Positions 13,101-26,135 of a stretch of 64,000 bases of DNA are shown one piece after another. The translations under genes and the position numbers were made by a program. The first letter of the stretch is position 1. Each line of letters begins with the position of its first letter. A model generated the notes under the pieces. That model did no database searches. It had not been told where the DNA came from and saw nothing but the letters and a program-made list of their open reading frames with translations. The stretch spans positions 1,798,001 through 1,862,000 of the forward strand of contig MCFH01000002.1 of NCBI GenBank assembly GCA_002104945.1. Reading direction: 5' to 3'. Source of the stretch: Piromyces finnis finn. Lineage: Eukaryota > Fungi > Neocallimastigomycota.

Positions 13101-14815
13101 TTAGATTTTTTGATTATATCTTTTACAAATAGTCTTGTGCTTTGGCCAGTGTTTTTCTTGATCTTCCTTACTACAATAGTAAGCAACATTACAACCTTTA
13201 CATTTCATTAATTTTCCATTATCCTTACCACAGAAATCACAAACATGAACACCTTCAATGTCCTTAATTAAACCTTCATTAAACAATTCATCCATCATTA
13301 AAACAGTCTTTTTGTATAATTGGTAATCAATTCTTGATGGGAACCATCTTTCTAAAATAATTGAAGCTTTAAAACCTTTCTTCCATAATTCAACAATAGT
13401 ATCTAATAAACCATTATTTTCATCAAGGTACTTCTTCCAAGAATCAGTAGAAAGTTTATTACCAGTAATAAGCATGATCTTGTAAAAGCATGCATGATAC
13501 ATATTTTCTTCACAAATTGGTGCATTTTGAAGGTAAACATCTAAAGCATGAATGGTTTCTTCAATAACCTTTGGTTTTAAAGTATAAGTTGGTGAATTGA
13601 TGGCGTAACCAAAAGCACTACGATAATCAACTGGGTTAATTTCTAAACCCTTTCTGAAGCAAACAATAGCATCTTCTGGGCGACCACATAATCCAAAAAC
13701 CTAATTGTGAATAAATATTGAATTTATTAATTATATATTTAATATTTAAATAATTTATAAAGCATATTAAGTTTTGATATATTTAAACTAATTTTAATAA
13801 TTAACTATACAACAACTTTTTTTTTAACTTAATGTTATTACAGATTTATTACATAAATATTATTTATTTTTATTGTACTTACTTCACCCTTCATGTACCA
13901 GAAAAGTGAATTTTCACTTTCAATAGCGATAACATCATCCCATGCCTTAATAGCATCCTTAATAATCATTTCTCCAGTTTGAACACCAATTCTACCTAAC
14001 ATGTTCTTTGGAACACTAGCTAATGAATTTAAATGAGAGTATGCTTCAAAAGCAATTAAAATGTGAGCTGCAATTTTAACTGTGTTGTTAAAGGTTTCGT
14101 CTGGGGAGCTGTATAATTTAGCTTTACGTTCTGGATCAAGAAGAATAGCTCTTAAAATACTTCCCTTTTCAGAAGAGAATATTCCTCTTTCAATATCAAC
14201 AATTCTTGGTTGTAATAAATAACCTGAAGCAAAACCTAAAACAGCTGGAGCATAAGTTTCATCGGTAGTAGCAGCAGCTAAAGCAGCATTGGCTATTTTT
14301 TAATAAAAATATCAAGATTTATTATTAGTTATAAAATAATAAAAATATATTAAGACTTTCTTTTTAATTAAAAAAAAAAAAAAGAAAAGAAACATAACAT
14401 AATTTCTTTTCTTTCATATTATTTATAATTATAAATTAATTTCCAAAAAAAAAAAAAAAAAGGTAATAGTAATATTAATAGTAATAAAATCAACTTAAAA
14501 TATTATACAGTACCTTCTTCGAACATTTTACTGGCTTCAGCAAATTGTTGACCGGTTTGTTGGTCTAAAATATTTTCTGGGTAAATAAGTCTTTGCTTTA
14601 AAACTTCGGTCACTATTTATATTACAAATATTTAATATAATGTTAATGTTATTACATTATCTTTTTTTATATTTATTTATTTTATTTACTTATTTATTTA
14701 TTTTTCTCTCTCTTTAATAATTTCTTTTTTTATTAATAGTTTCTTTTAAATTAATACTTTTTTTTTTATTTATTATTTATTATTTTATTTATTCAATAAA
14801 TACATAATACATACT
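13101..14815 (-). CDS. TPR-like repeat + C-terminal MYND zinc-finger protein, 4 exons (A|TG start split by intron 1)
   Basis: Exons about 14815, 14612-14514, 14293-13882, 13701-13101. TPR-like helix pair AIKAWDDVIAIESENSLFWYMKGEVFGLCGRPEDAIVCFRKGLEINP. MYND CDFCGK..MKCKGCNVAYYCSKEDQEKHWPKHKTIC. Confidence 0.8.
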
Positions 14816-15114
14816 TTTAATTTACTTTTGAGAATAATATGAAATAAATGGTATATTAAATAATATTTTATATTATTAAATGCTTTAAATTATATTATAT
14901 AATCAAGTTCAAATTATTATAATAAAAGATTACAAAATTAAAAATAAAAAATAATAATTATTTATTTTTAATATCAGGTTTTGAAAATAAAAAAAGATAA
15001 AAAATAGAAAAGATTTGACTTTTTATATAAAAATATTTTTATTACGAAATTAATTATAAAATAAGATTAATGTTTAAATCATGGTTTATAAATATTAAAT
15101 TTAATAATAATAAT

Positions 15115-15525
<411 letters not shown>

Positions 15526-17700
15526 TTCACCTCTCTCTTTTTAAATTTTAGTTGGCATTTTTACATATTTTTTTATTTAAACATCACTTATGATTAAATT
15601 GGTATTCTATCTTTCTTTTCTTTCACTTTTTTAGTTTTCAAATAACCTTTTTATTCATCATATTATATATAAAAAAACAGTTTTCTCTTCTTAGTTCCTT
15701 TGTTCACTTTGTTTCTTAATATATTAAATTACTATATCTAGGAAATAATACAAATTAAAATTGATTTTATATAATATATGATAAAGTTTATTTTATATAT
15801 TTTATACTGAAAGATATATAATAATATAAAACAATAATATTGGTTTAAATATATTAAGTATCAATCAAATTACTTATTAATATATTTTTATCATATATTA
15901 CCCATTAAAACTATTCAATAATCTATAAATAACCACATCTATTAATTGATATTCTCCTTTCTTTACATTCCCAAAAACCATGATAAAAGGTATAATATAT
16001 TTTTTTATTTCCTATTACTATAAATAATCTAAATCTTTTACTTTCCATAATATGAATAATGTTGATACGTTTATAATTAAGTTCCTATAAAAGTAAATAT
16101 TAATTAATTTATAAATTAAGTTTGTTTAATAATATAAACATAATCAAAAAAAGAATATTAATTAATTTAATATAAAATCAATATATTCTATATTCTATAT
16201 ATTATCCATTCCATTATAAAATGATACACTTTATTAAAAAACTATAATAAATAAGGTTTATTTTAATGAAAAAAACTATGCTATTGGGAAATTTTGACTA
16301 ATAGTATAGTATAAAAAAAAATCAGCATAGGTTAATGTTAAAAACAAAACAAAATCTGATCTAAATAACATGTATATTCACTTATTAATAATAAGTGATT
16401 TTATCAATAGATATTTTTTTTAAATTATATTTTTAGTAATATATTTAAACTTTTTCTTTCCTATAAAATATTAAGTAAAATATTATAAAGAAAATTAAAC
16501 CATTTTTGTAACACCAAATACATCTTCTAAATTTATAAGCAGCTATTGTAACACTAAAAAGATAAATTATAAATTAATAATAAACTATTATGATTTAATC
16601 ATATGATTAATTAATAAGATACAAATACTTTGTTTGAAACAAATAATCGAACACTTTTATTCTTAATTTCTAATACTTACTAAAAATTTCAATTATTGCT
16701 TACTCTTTATTACTACATAAACCATTGCTCTTATATTTTTAAATATTTTAATAATAAAAAAAGGAAGAAATTCACTTTATATAGTCAATAGTTTTATATA
16801 AATAAAAAAAAAAGTCTTTCGATATTATGTTATAATGTCATAACTGTAATTTAAATTCATAAAGAAACATAAATCATATTTTTATACTATCTTAGATGTA
16901 TTGTTTTAACAAAATTAATAATTAATGTTATTAAATATATAATTTAATAAGTTAAATACAAAAAGAAACCTATATCATTAATTGATAATTCCTTATTATC
17001 TTATTACTTTAATAAATATATCATATTAATACTATTAAATATATATCTTTTTAGTTTAAATTAATAATATACTTTACATAAAATAAATATATAATTTAGA
17101 ATACTATATATATAATCATATAAAATTATAGTAAATATATCTAGTTGAATAAATATTTAATTTTCCATATTATCATTTTATTAATATATTAATTACATTA
17201 AAAATGAATGTATCTATAATTAGAATATAATACAATAAAAAAAAAAAAAAAAGATGATGAAAATATATAATGAGAAAATAAGTTTTTATCTATAAAGTCC
17301 TATCTATCAAAACAATTCTATTAGTGGTTTTTAGAGAAATATTGACTGCTTTTTATCACTAGGTGATATTAATCATGAGAAAATGAAATTTTATATTTTT
17401 TAAATTTTATACATAATATATCATTATTTTAAATAAATATAACTGTTTTACTTATTATATAATCTTAGCAAGGCTTCCTTTAATAATGAATGTAAATATA
17501 AAAATAAATAGCAAAACTGTCAACCTTTTTTTAAAATAAAATAAAATATTTGATGAAAATTTTAATGTTGAATTAAAAAATTAATTTATTTAATTGTTAT
17601 ACAAAATTTAAAAATTTATTTTTATCCAATAATTTTTTCTTTTTTTTTTTTTTTTTAACTTTATATTCCTATAATAATTATAAAAACAAAAAATAAAGAA

Positions 17701-20700
17701 ATGCTATCAGAAATTCAAAGTGTATTTAATTCACAATCATTCCCTGATTTTGAATTATTTAAACAATCTTACAATCATGTTAATTCAGAAAAACCAGCTA
17801 TTATTTCTAGAGGAAAACAATATCAATATCGTCAACTTTTCAGAGACATTTTACATTTTAGAAATACTTACTTTAATAAGTTAATATTCAATATTTTACT
17901 AATATAAATTGTTATATAAGTGGAAATTATTTTTATAATTAATGGAATGCTAAATATATTATTCATTTTATAATAAAATTAAAAAGATTTAATGTTCAAG
18001 TTAAAAACTATTTTTAAATAATAATTAATTAATTAAAAGTTGTTTTGATAATATATAAAAATTAACTTTTATATAGTAATACTTAATTTCAGTTTTATTT
18101 TTAATTTCAAATTCTTTAATCTTTTATATTTTAATCTATATTCAATTATTCAATAATAAAAAGTTTTAATTATTAAATAATTCTAAAATAATAAGCATTA
18201 AATGATAGCAGCAATATTAATAAATATAAACCTTTTAAATTTAATTATATAAATAACTTAGTCGTAATTTAAATGGTGAAAGAGTTGTTTTCTTATGTCC
18301 AAGCAGTTATGAATATGTCATTGCTCAATGGAGTATTTGGTGCTCTAATGGAATTGCAGTTCCTTTATGTAAATATTAATAACACAAAATAAATAGTATT
18401 TTTATTTGTTCCTTCCTACCTTTATTTTAATTTAATGATTATTTGATATTGTTAAATAAAAGGTACAATTCATCCTCCAGCTGAAATTAAATATACTATA
18501 AATGATTCCAAAGCTTCAATTGCTATTGTTCATAAATCATTTTCTGAATTTTTTAAACCTATTCTTGCTTCATTCCCAAATCTTAAATACATAGAAATTG
18601 ATGATTTTCTAGAAGATCCAAGTCCAATTGTATAAAAGTTTATTTATATCTATATATTATTTGTTATTATTCAAAAAATATAGTAATTTTTATTTTTTTT
18701 TTTTTTCATTTTTAATAAAGATTCCAAATATTACTTTTGAACCAGTTAATAAGAATAATGGTGCCTTAATCTTATATACAAGGTAAATATTTTTAAAATA
18801 TTTTAGCATAATAAATATATAAGCAATATAAATACATTTTTATTATTTTTTTCTAATACAATTTCTTGATACTTTAAAAATAATAGTGGTACTACAGGTA
18901 AATATCTAACAAAATATTTTATTATATATATAATATAAAGACACCTTAAGGTTATTATAACAAATAATTTATTTATTAAAAAAAAATATATAAATTTTCA
19001 GGTAATCCAAAAGGTGTAGTTATTACATTTAAAAATTTAGAAAATCAGATCGGTTGTCTAATTAAAGCATGGAAATGGACATCAGAAGATAAAATCTTAC
19101 ACACCCTTCCACTTCATCATACACATGTAAATTAAATAATAATAATAAACTGTATAATAATATTAATAATATTTCTTATATATATATTGATTAACAAAAA
19201 ATAAAATTATTATATAATATTTATCTCATAATAATTTAAATAGGGTATTATCAATGTAAGAATTTCAATCACCTTTTTATATTTAATAAAATTAATAATA
19301 ATAATAATAAAAAAAAAAGCCTACTATATTAATATATGTTGAATTATCATAAAAAGGTTTTACTTTGTCCATTATGGAGTGGAGCAACTTGTGATATGCT
19401 TCCAAAGTTTAATGTCAATAAAGTCTGGGATCTTTGGATGGATGAATCAAATAATTATACCTTATTCATGGCTGTTCCAACCATTTATGGTAATTCTAAA
19501 ATACATTGTTAACTAAATACAAATAATGATAATGAATTAAATAAATTTTAAATTCACACTAACTTTTAAATGCTTCTCTATCGTAATCATATTATTAAAG
19601 CAAAATTAATAAAATTATATAAATCATTTTCACCAATTCTTCAAAAGAAAGCTACTGAATGTTGTAAACAATTTAGATTAATGGTAAGTGGTTCTAGTTC
19701 TCTTCCAAACTTTTTATTTAATGAATGGAAAAGAATTTCTGGACACACTTTACTTGAAAGGTAAATTCAAAGATAAAAAATCAATATATTTTATTTAATA
19801 ATAATAAAATTGTTTTCAAAAATCAAAAAAAAATTTATGCTATATATCATATATCATTTATAATACTAAAGATATGGTATGACTGAAATTGGTATGGCTA
19901 TTGGTAATCCATACAATGGTCCAAGAATTCCAGTTAGTATATATAATATAACTAAATTCAAATATTTAAAAAAAAATTATAACTAAATCTCTATATAAAA
20001 AAAAAGGGCTCTGTTGGTGTACCATTCCCAAATGTTCAAGTAAAATTAGTTTGTACAGATACTGGCAAAGATGTTTCTAATATTCCAGAAACACCGGGTG
20101 AAATTAGAATTAAAAGTCCAAGTGTATTCAAAGAGTAAGATAATAAATTTCATTTTTTTATAATAAATTATAAATAATACATATTTAATTATTTTTTATA
20201 TTTTCATTAGATACTTTAATCGTAAAGAACAAACATTTGAATCATTTGATGAAGATGGATGGTAGATACCATATTAAAAATAAGTAAATTGGTTATTGAT
20301 ATACTATCAAATTTACTTATAATCAAATATTTTTTTTTTTTTATTTTTTTAAAAATATCCTTAACGGTATTTCCAATAAGGTTTAAAACTGGTGATATTG
20401 CTGTTATTACAGCTGATCAAAAATATCGTATTTTAGGTAGAGCTAGTGCTGATATTATTAAATCCGGAGGCTATAAGATTTCCGCTCTTGAAATTGAACG
20501 TGAATTATTAGAACATCCATATATAGAAGACTGTGCTGTTGTTGGCCTTCCAGATCCAAATGAATGGGGTGAACTTGTCGGATTGATGTACGTTGGCTCA
20601 AGTGAATTATCAATTAATGAAATTAAAAATTTCTTAAAACCACGTTTAGCTAAATATAAATTACCAAGAGTTTCTTGCCGTGTCAATGAAATACCAAGAA

Positions 20701-20750
20701 ACACTTTAGGAAAAATTAACAAAAGGGAAGTTGTCCGATGTATGTTATAA
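17701..20750 (+). CDS. ACSF3: Malonyl-CoA synthetase / ACSF3-like acyl-CoA ligase, multi-exon
   Basis: Spliced motifs [115 protein letters not shown]. Confidence 0.88.
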
Positions 20751-21134
20751 AGTTTAAAATACTCTTCAAAATCAAAATTATAGGAAAAAAAAAATTTTTT
20801 TTTTCTTATATATTTGAAGAGTATTGATCTATGAATTAATGTTCTATTTTATCTTTAATATTTTAATTATAATAATAATTAAAATATAATTTTTCAAGAG
20901 GAATTGATAAAAGAAAATGATAAGAGTAAAAAGAAATGAAAGCGAAATAACAATAGAATTTACGATTTAATTTATTTATGTTTTTTCTAAAATTTTAAAG
21001 AAAATAATAAAAAGAAAAAGAAAACAAATAACATGAAATAGTATTTAAAATATTAAATTTTTTGATAAATTAATTAAAAGTTTTAATATTATTAAAAATT
21101 TGTATAAATATATATTTTTGTTAGTAATGAAACA

Positions 21135-21183
<49 letters not shown>

Positions 21184-21507
21184 CTGCAAGAGAAAATAAT
21201 CAGAATTTGACTAAATATAGAATTATGATATAATATTTTTTTTTTCTTTTCTCTTTTCACTTTTTTCTTTTTATTTTTTGATAACATTACATTGCATTAA
21301 AATGTTCGATAAAGCAGGCATTCCAAATGTTTTTAATTTTATATATACTTAATTTATAATTACATCGCAATTTTATTGGTTAAAATTAAATAATATAAAA
21401 TTTAATTTATGTATATTACAAATGTTTTTATTATAAATTGACATAATTCTTAAAAATATCAACTTCTAAGGAAGTAAATTTATTTTCTTAATAAAATTTT
21501 ATACAAA

Positions 21508-23169
21508 ATGGTTACTGTTACTTGGTTAGGTCATGCTGCTTTTATGTTCAAGCATTCTGGATTTACCTTTATGATTGATCCGTAAATATCTATATAAAAT
21601 TATAATGCTCTTATATTTACCCCACTTTTAAATGAATTAAATATAGAAATAGTAATAAAAATAAAAAAAAAAAAAAAATAAAAATAAAGAAAGATAAAAT
21701 AATTTCTTACAAATTTTAAGAATTAGAATATATTATTTAATTCATTATTGAATTTATTAATTTAAACATGAGAATATGAATATTAATTTTATTTTTCTTT
21801 TTCCCTCTTATGTATAATTTAATAATTTTTAATCTTTTATTATTAATAATTGTTACTCTTAATATTTCCAAAAAAAAAAAAAAAAAAAAAATACTAATAT
21901 AAAAATAAATATCGTTCTTTTTTATAAAACTATTTATTAAATACTTAATAGATTCCTTGCTAATCCAAATTGTCCAATTAAGGGTATTCCAACTGGCATT
22001 GATGTCATTTTAATTACGTAAATATATTGCTAATTAACTTTATTACAAACTATAAATATATATATATATTGATAAAATAATTGATTATTATATAAATTTT
22101 ATTAATAAAAAAATATTATATTATAATTATTTTTTTATTAAAATTTCTTAATTATTTAATAATATTTCTTTTGTATTAATGCCTTATCAAATAACTATTA
22201 ACATAAAAAAGTCACGGACATTCTGATCACATTGGTTCTACTGTTGACATTTTAAAGGCTAATCCAAGTTGTAAGGTTTTCTGTAATGTCGAAATTGCTA
22301 CCTACCTTAGCAAGAAGGTTAGTAACAATGTTGTCGGTTTCAACAAGGGTGGAACAGTTGGAATTGGTGGAAACTTCAAGGTTACTATGGTAAGTTATAT
22401 TTATAAGTGATATTATATAAGAATAAAAAGATAATTTTTATATAACTTAATATAATTTAATAATAATAATAAATAAATAAATAAATTAAAAGGTTGATGC
22501 TCTTCATTCATCTGATATTGATACTGATGAAGGTATTCTCCCAGGTGGTACACCAGCTGGTTTCGTAGTCAAAGGAAATGGTACTAGCTTCTATTTCTCT
22601 GGTGATACTGGTAATAATTAATAATTTTTTAAAATTTATTTCATATCATAATTTACTGTTTATAGAAATAAAATTAAATATTCAATTATAAAATTTTTGT
22701 ATTTTTTTTTTAAATTAAATAAAATAATAGATGTTTTCAGTGATATGGCTGTTATTAATGACCTTTACCAACCAGAATACGCTTTCTTATGTATTGGTGA
22801 CTTTTACACTATGGGACCAGTCCAAGCTGCTTACAGTGTTAACAAGGTAATTAGACTATTAAAAAAAAAAAAAAAAAAAAAAGTATTTCAAAATATAAAT
22901 GATTAAAATATAATGAAATTATATTTTTAATATACTATAGTATCTTACTAATGTCAAGACTGTTATTCCAATGCACTATGTAAGTATAATAATAGCATAA
23001 TTATTATCAAAATAATAATAACTAATATTAAATTAAAATAATCTTTAAACTCAATCATTTACAGGGTACTTTCCCAGCTTTAACTGGTACTCCAGAAGAA
23101 CTTGAAAAGTGCATTAAAACTAATACCAAGGTTTTAACCTTAAAGTTTGGCTCTGCTTATGATATGTAA
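21508..23169 (+). CDS. UPF0173-type metal-dependent hydrolase (metallo-beta-lactamase fold), 7 exons
   Basis: Exons 21508-21581, 21952-22017, 22212-22389, 22493-22610, 22731-22846, 22941-22979, 23065-23169 splice to MVTVTWLGHAAF..MIDPFLANP..ILITHGHSDHIG..VDALHSS..PAGFVV..YFSGDTDVFSDM..LCIGDFYTMGPVQAA..IPMHYGTFPALTGTPE. Confidence 0.9.
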
Positions 23170-23495
23170 AATTGAAAATAATTTCAAAGAAAACCATCAA
23201 TATTAAATATTATAATAGGAATCAATAATTTTATGAAAAATTATTTTATAATAAATCATATATTTCAATATTTATTTTAATATGTAATATACTAAATTAA
23301 ACTTCAAAGAATAAAATGAAAGAAAGAAATATGTTATCATATTATTAATTTTTTTCTTATCACTATTAAATGTAAAATATTAATTTTATAATAAAGTAGC
23401 CTCAAAATTATAAAAAAAAAAAAATAAAAATAAAATAAATAAAAAACAGTAAATAATGTTAAATATTATTTGCATTGTAAAATATCACATAATTG

Positions 23496-23567
<72 letters not shown>

Positions 23568-25277
23568 TTTGTGATATTACATAATATTAGGTGATAATAA
23601 ATATTGATATAATAAATAATAAATAAAAATAATAAAATATATATAAATAAAAATATAAATATAAAATAATATAAAATAATTATTTAAGTTGCATAAAAGT
23701 TCAATGAACTCTGCAATTTGTACTGTGTGTGGGATTGATCCCTACCTAATAAATTAAATGAAATAAAATAAATAACATCAGGTATAATAGTGTAGTGTCC
23801 ACTAAACTCTCCCATGAATTCATAATTTTTACATTCGAAGAAATACTAACATTGAACCCTGTGTACGGAACACTGAGAATGTTCCTTTGCCATATCGGTA
23901 CGATGTCGGCGCTCTTGATTACGTTAGGTGTCTTACTAAACCTATCAAAAAGTAGCCTCATAGAGCTACTAATGATAGGGATTGTTTTAGTAAGAAAAGC
24001 CGCGAGACCCTCTACATATGGAACATGAGACCCCGATGAACTGTAAAGCTGTTCATTCAAATGTCTTTGTTCCGCCTTATCGATTTGTAGCTCATCATAA
24101 GCTAAAGTTCCACCAAGAAGGAACGTAAAAATATAGTTATAAATTGTTTTTCTTACTTCCGTTTCGGGGAGTAAGTATGTGATGAATTGATTCTTATATT
24201 TATTGTAAAAAAGGGTAAAAAGATCGTCAAGAAAGCAAAGTGAAGAAGCTCTGTATTCAGAGAATGCAGAACATTCTAATATCCAATGGTAAAAAGATTG
24301 TTCGTCATATCTGCAACATGGACAGACACGAGGGCAGTCAGGAGTAACTCTATTACTGGCAGTAATAACAATTCGGATAGTGTATTCATAACCGCATCGA
24401 ATACGAATAATCCAGGTAATTCCTAAATTTAAGTGAGGTTTTTTGAGGCTGATATGCATTAGGCGATTTGAATTAAGGAATTTGTTGTTAGTATATCTGA
24501 TGCTTTTACTTCCATTATTTAGGCTACTATTATTCCAATAATATTCTCTAATATCTTTAGTACTTTTAATATTTATTTTCATAAGCTTCTTATGAAGTGA
24601 ACAAGACTCTTTGGCTCAAGAGTAATGAGACATGGGAAGAATAGATCGGACGAGATCTTTAATAATGCAATTTGATTTTCTCTATTTAACAAAGCATTTC
24701 ACTTGTTGCGCAGCACAAATACCTGAAAGGGTAGGAATCTTCATATCTCTTGTAAGAGCATACAGACTAATAAATGAATTTCGTTCAAAAACAAAATCTT
24801 TGTTATTAAGACTTTTATTGTGAAAGCTACTGACACTCCATAAAACAGCAAATTGAACTCTTCTAGTTCTATTTTTGTTGGAACCAAGTAAAGAAGCATA
24901 ATAAGAGACTTTGCTTAAAATATAGGAATGAATTACTATATTTTTTAAGCCAATAGGAACACAATTGTTGGTGAGGAAGCTCTTAAAAGAGAATAAGGAT
25001 TTCTGAGCTTTTTTATACATATTAGACAGAATAGAAGTTAGAGAGAGATCTTCGTCGAATGGGATTCCAAGATAAGTATAGCAAGAAACCTTTGGAATCA
25101 AGTACATACCGATGTAAAATGTTGAGTCGACATAACTAGGGGATCTATTAAAGTTGATAGGTTTAACAACAATAGTTGCACATTTATTTATTCCAAAAGA
25201 CATTTCACTTAAATTAGCCCAATCAAGGACTAGATTGAGCATCTTTTGAAGGTTCTTCTTGTTAGGAAAAATCGGAA

Positions 25278-25281
<4 letters not shown>

Positions 25282-25312
<31 letters not shown>

Positions 25313-25675
25313 CTAGGAAGAGAATACATATCTTTTATTTATTTATTTATTTATTTTGTGATATTACATAATATTAGGTGATAATAAATATTGATATAAT
25401 AAATAATAAATAAAAATAATAAAATATATATAAATAAAAATATAAATATAAAATAATATAAAATAATTATTTAAGTTGCATAAAAGTTCAATGTACTCTG
25501 CAATTTGTACTGTGTGTGGGATTGATCCCTACCTAATAAATTAAATGAAATAAAAAAAAGAACATCAAGTATGATAGTGTGATGTCCACTAAACTCTCCC
25601 ATGAGCTCATAATGTTTTCATTCGAAGAAATACTAACATTGAACCCTGTGTACGGAACACTGAGAATGTTCCTTT

Positions 25676-25716
<41 letters not shown>

Positions 25717-26135
25717 GGCATCAAATATTTTAAACTTTATTATTAATTTAATTAAAATTATAATACATGTAATATAAAAATTAAAATAAAATAAAAATAA
25801 AAAAAAATATGTTTAAATAACACAAATGAATAAAAATTGGGTATAATATATTCTAGTAATTTTAATTAAAGTAAGAAAGCCACTATCATACTAAAGTATA
25901 ACAATTGTATTTGACTTCCAATGGGACACCGAGCCAAAGATCAAAATTTTGTCATGGAACAAAATTATGATCTCCATTGGTTGCGCTGGCCCTCCTGGTC
26001 TGTCTTACTGTTTCTTCAGCATTGACGCTCTTGGATGTTGTTCCTTTGCCATATCGGTACGATGTCGAAAAGTAGCCTCTTAGAGCTACTAATGATAGGG
26101 ATTGTTTTAGTAAGAAAAAGCCGATGAACTGTAGC
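25282..26135 (-). mobile_element. Element B: 5'-truncated copy of the A-family 3' end inserted into A, with 12-bp TSD and A28 tail
   Basis: TSD AATCGGAACAAT at 25270-25281 and 26136-26147; T28 at 25282-25309. 25358-25680 matches 23571-23893, and 26053-26135 matches 23894-24045 with two deletions. Confidence 0.85.
25681..26038 (-). mobile_element. Element C: 358-bp poly(A)-tailed retro-insertion inside B, with 14-bp TSD
   Basis: TSD TGTTCCTTTGCCAT at 25667-25680 and 26039-26052; T33 at 25681-25713. A related tail copy lies at 12127-12290. Confidence 0.8.

Noticed and set aside
21141-21182. Long homopolymer runs (also about 44037, 45253, 49321, 58457) as retro-insertion tails
   Set aside because: No flanking target-site duplications or element sequence found, unlike 25282 and 25681.
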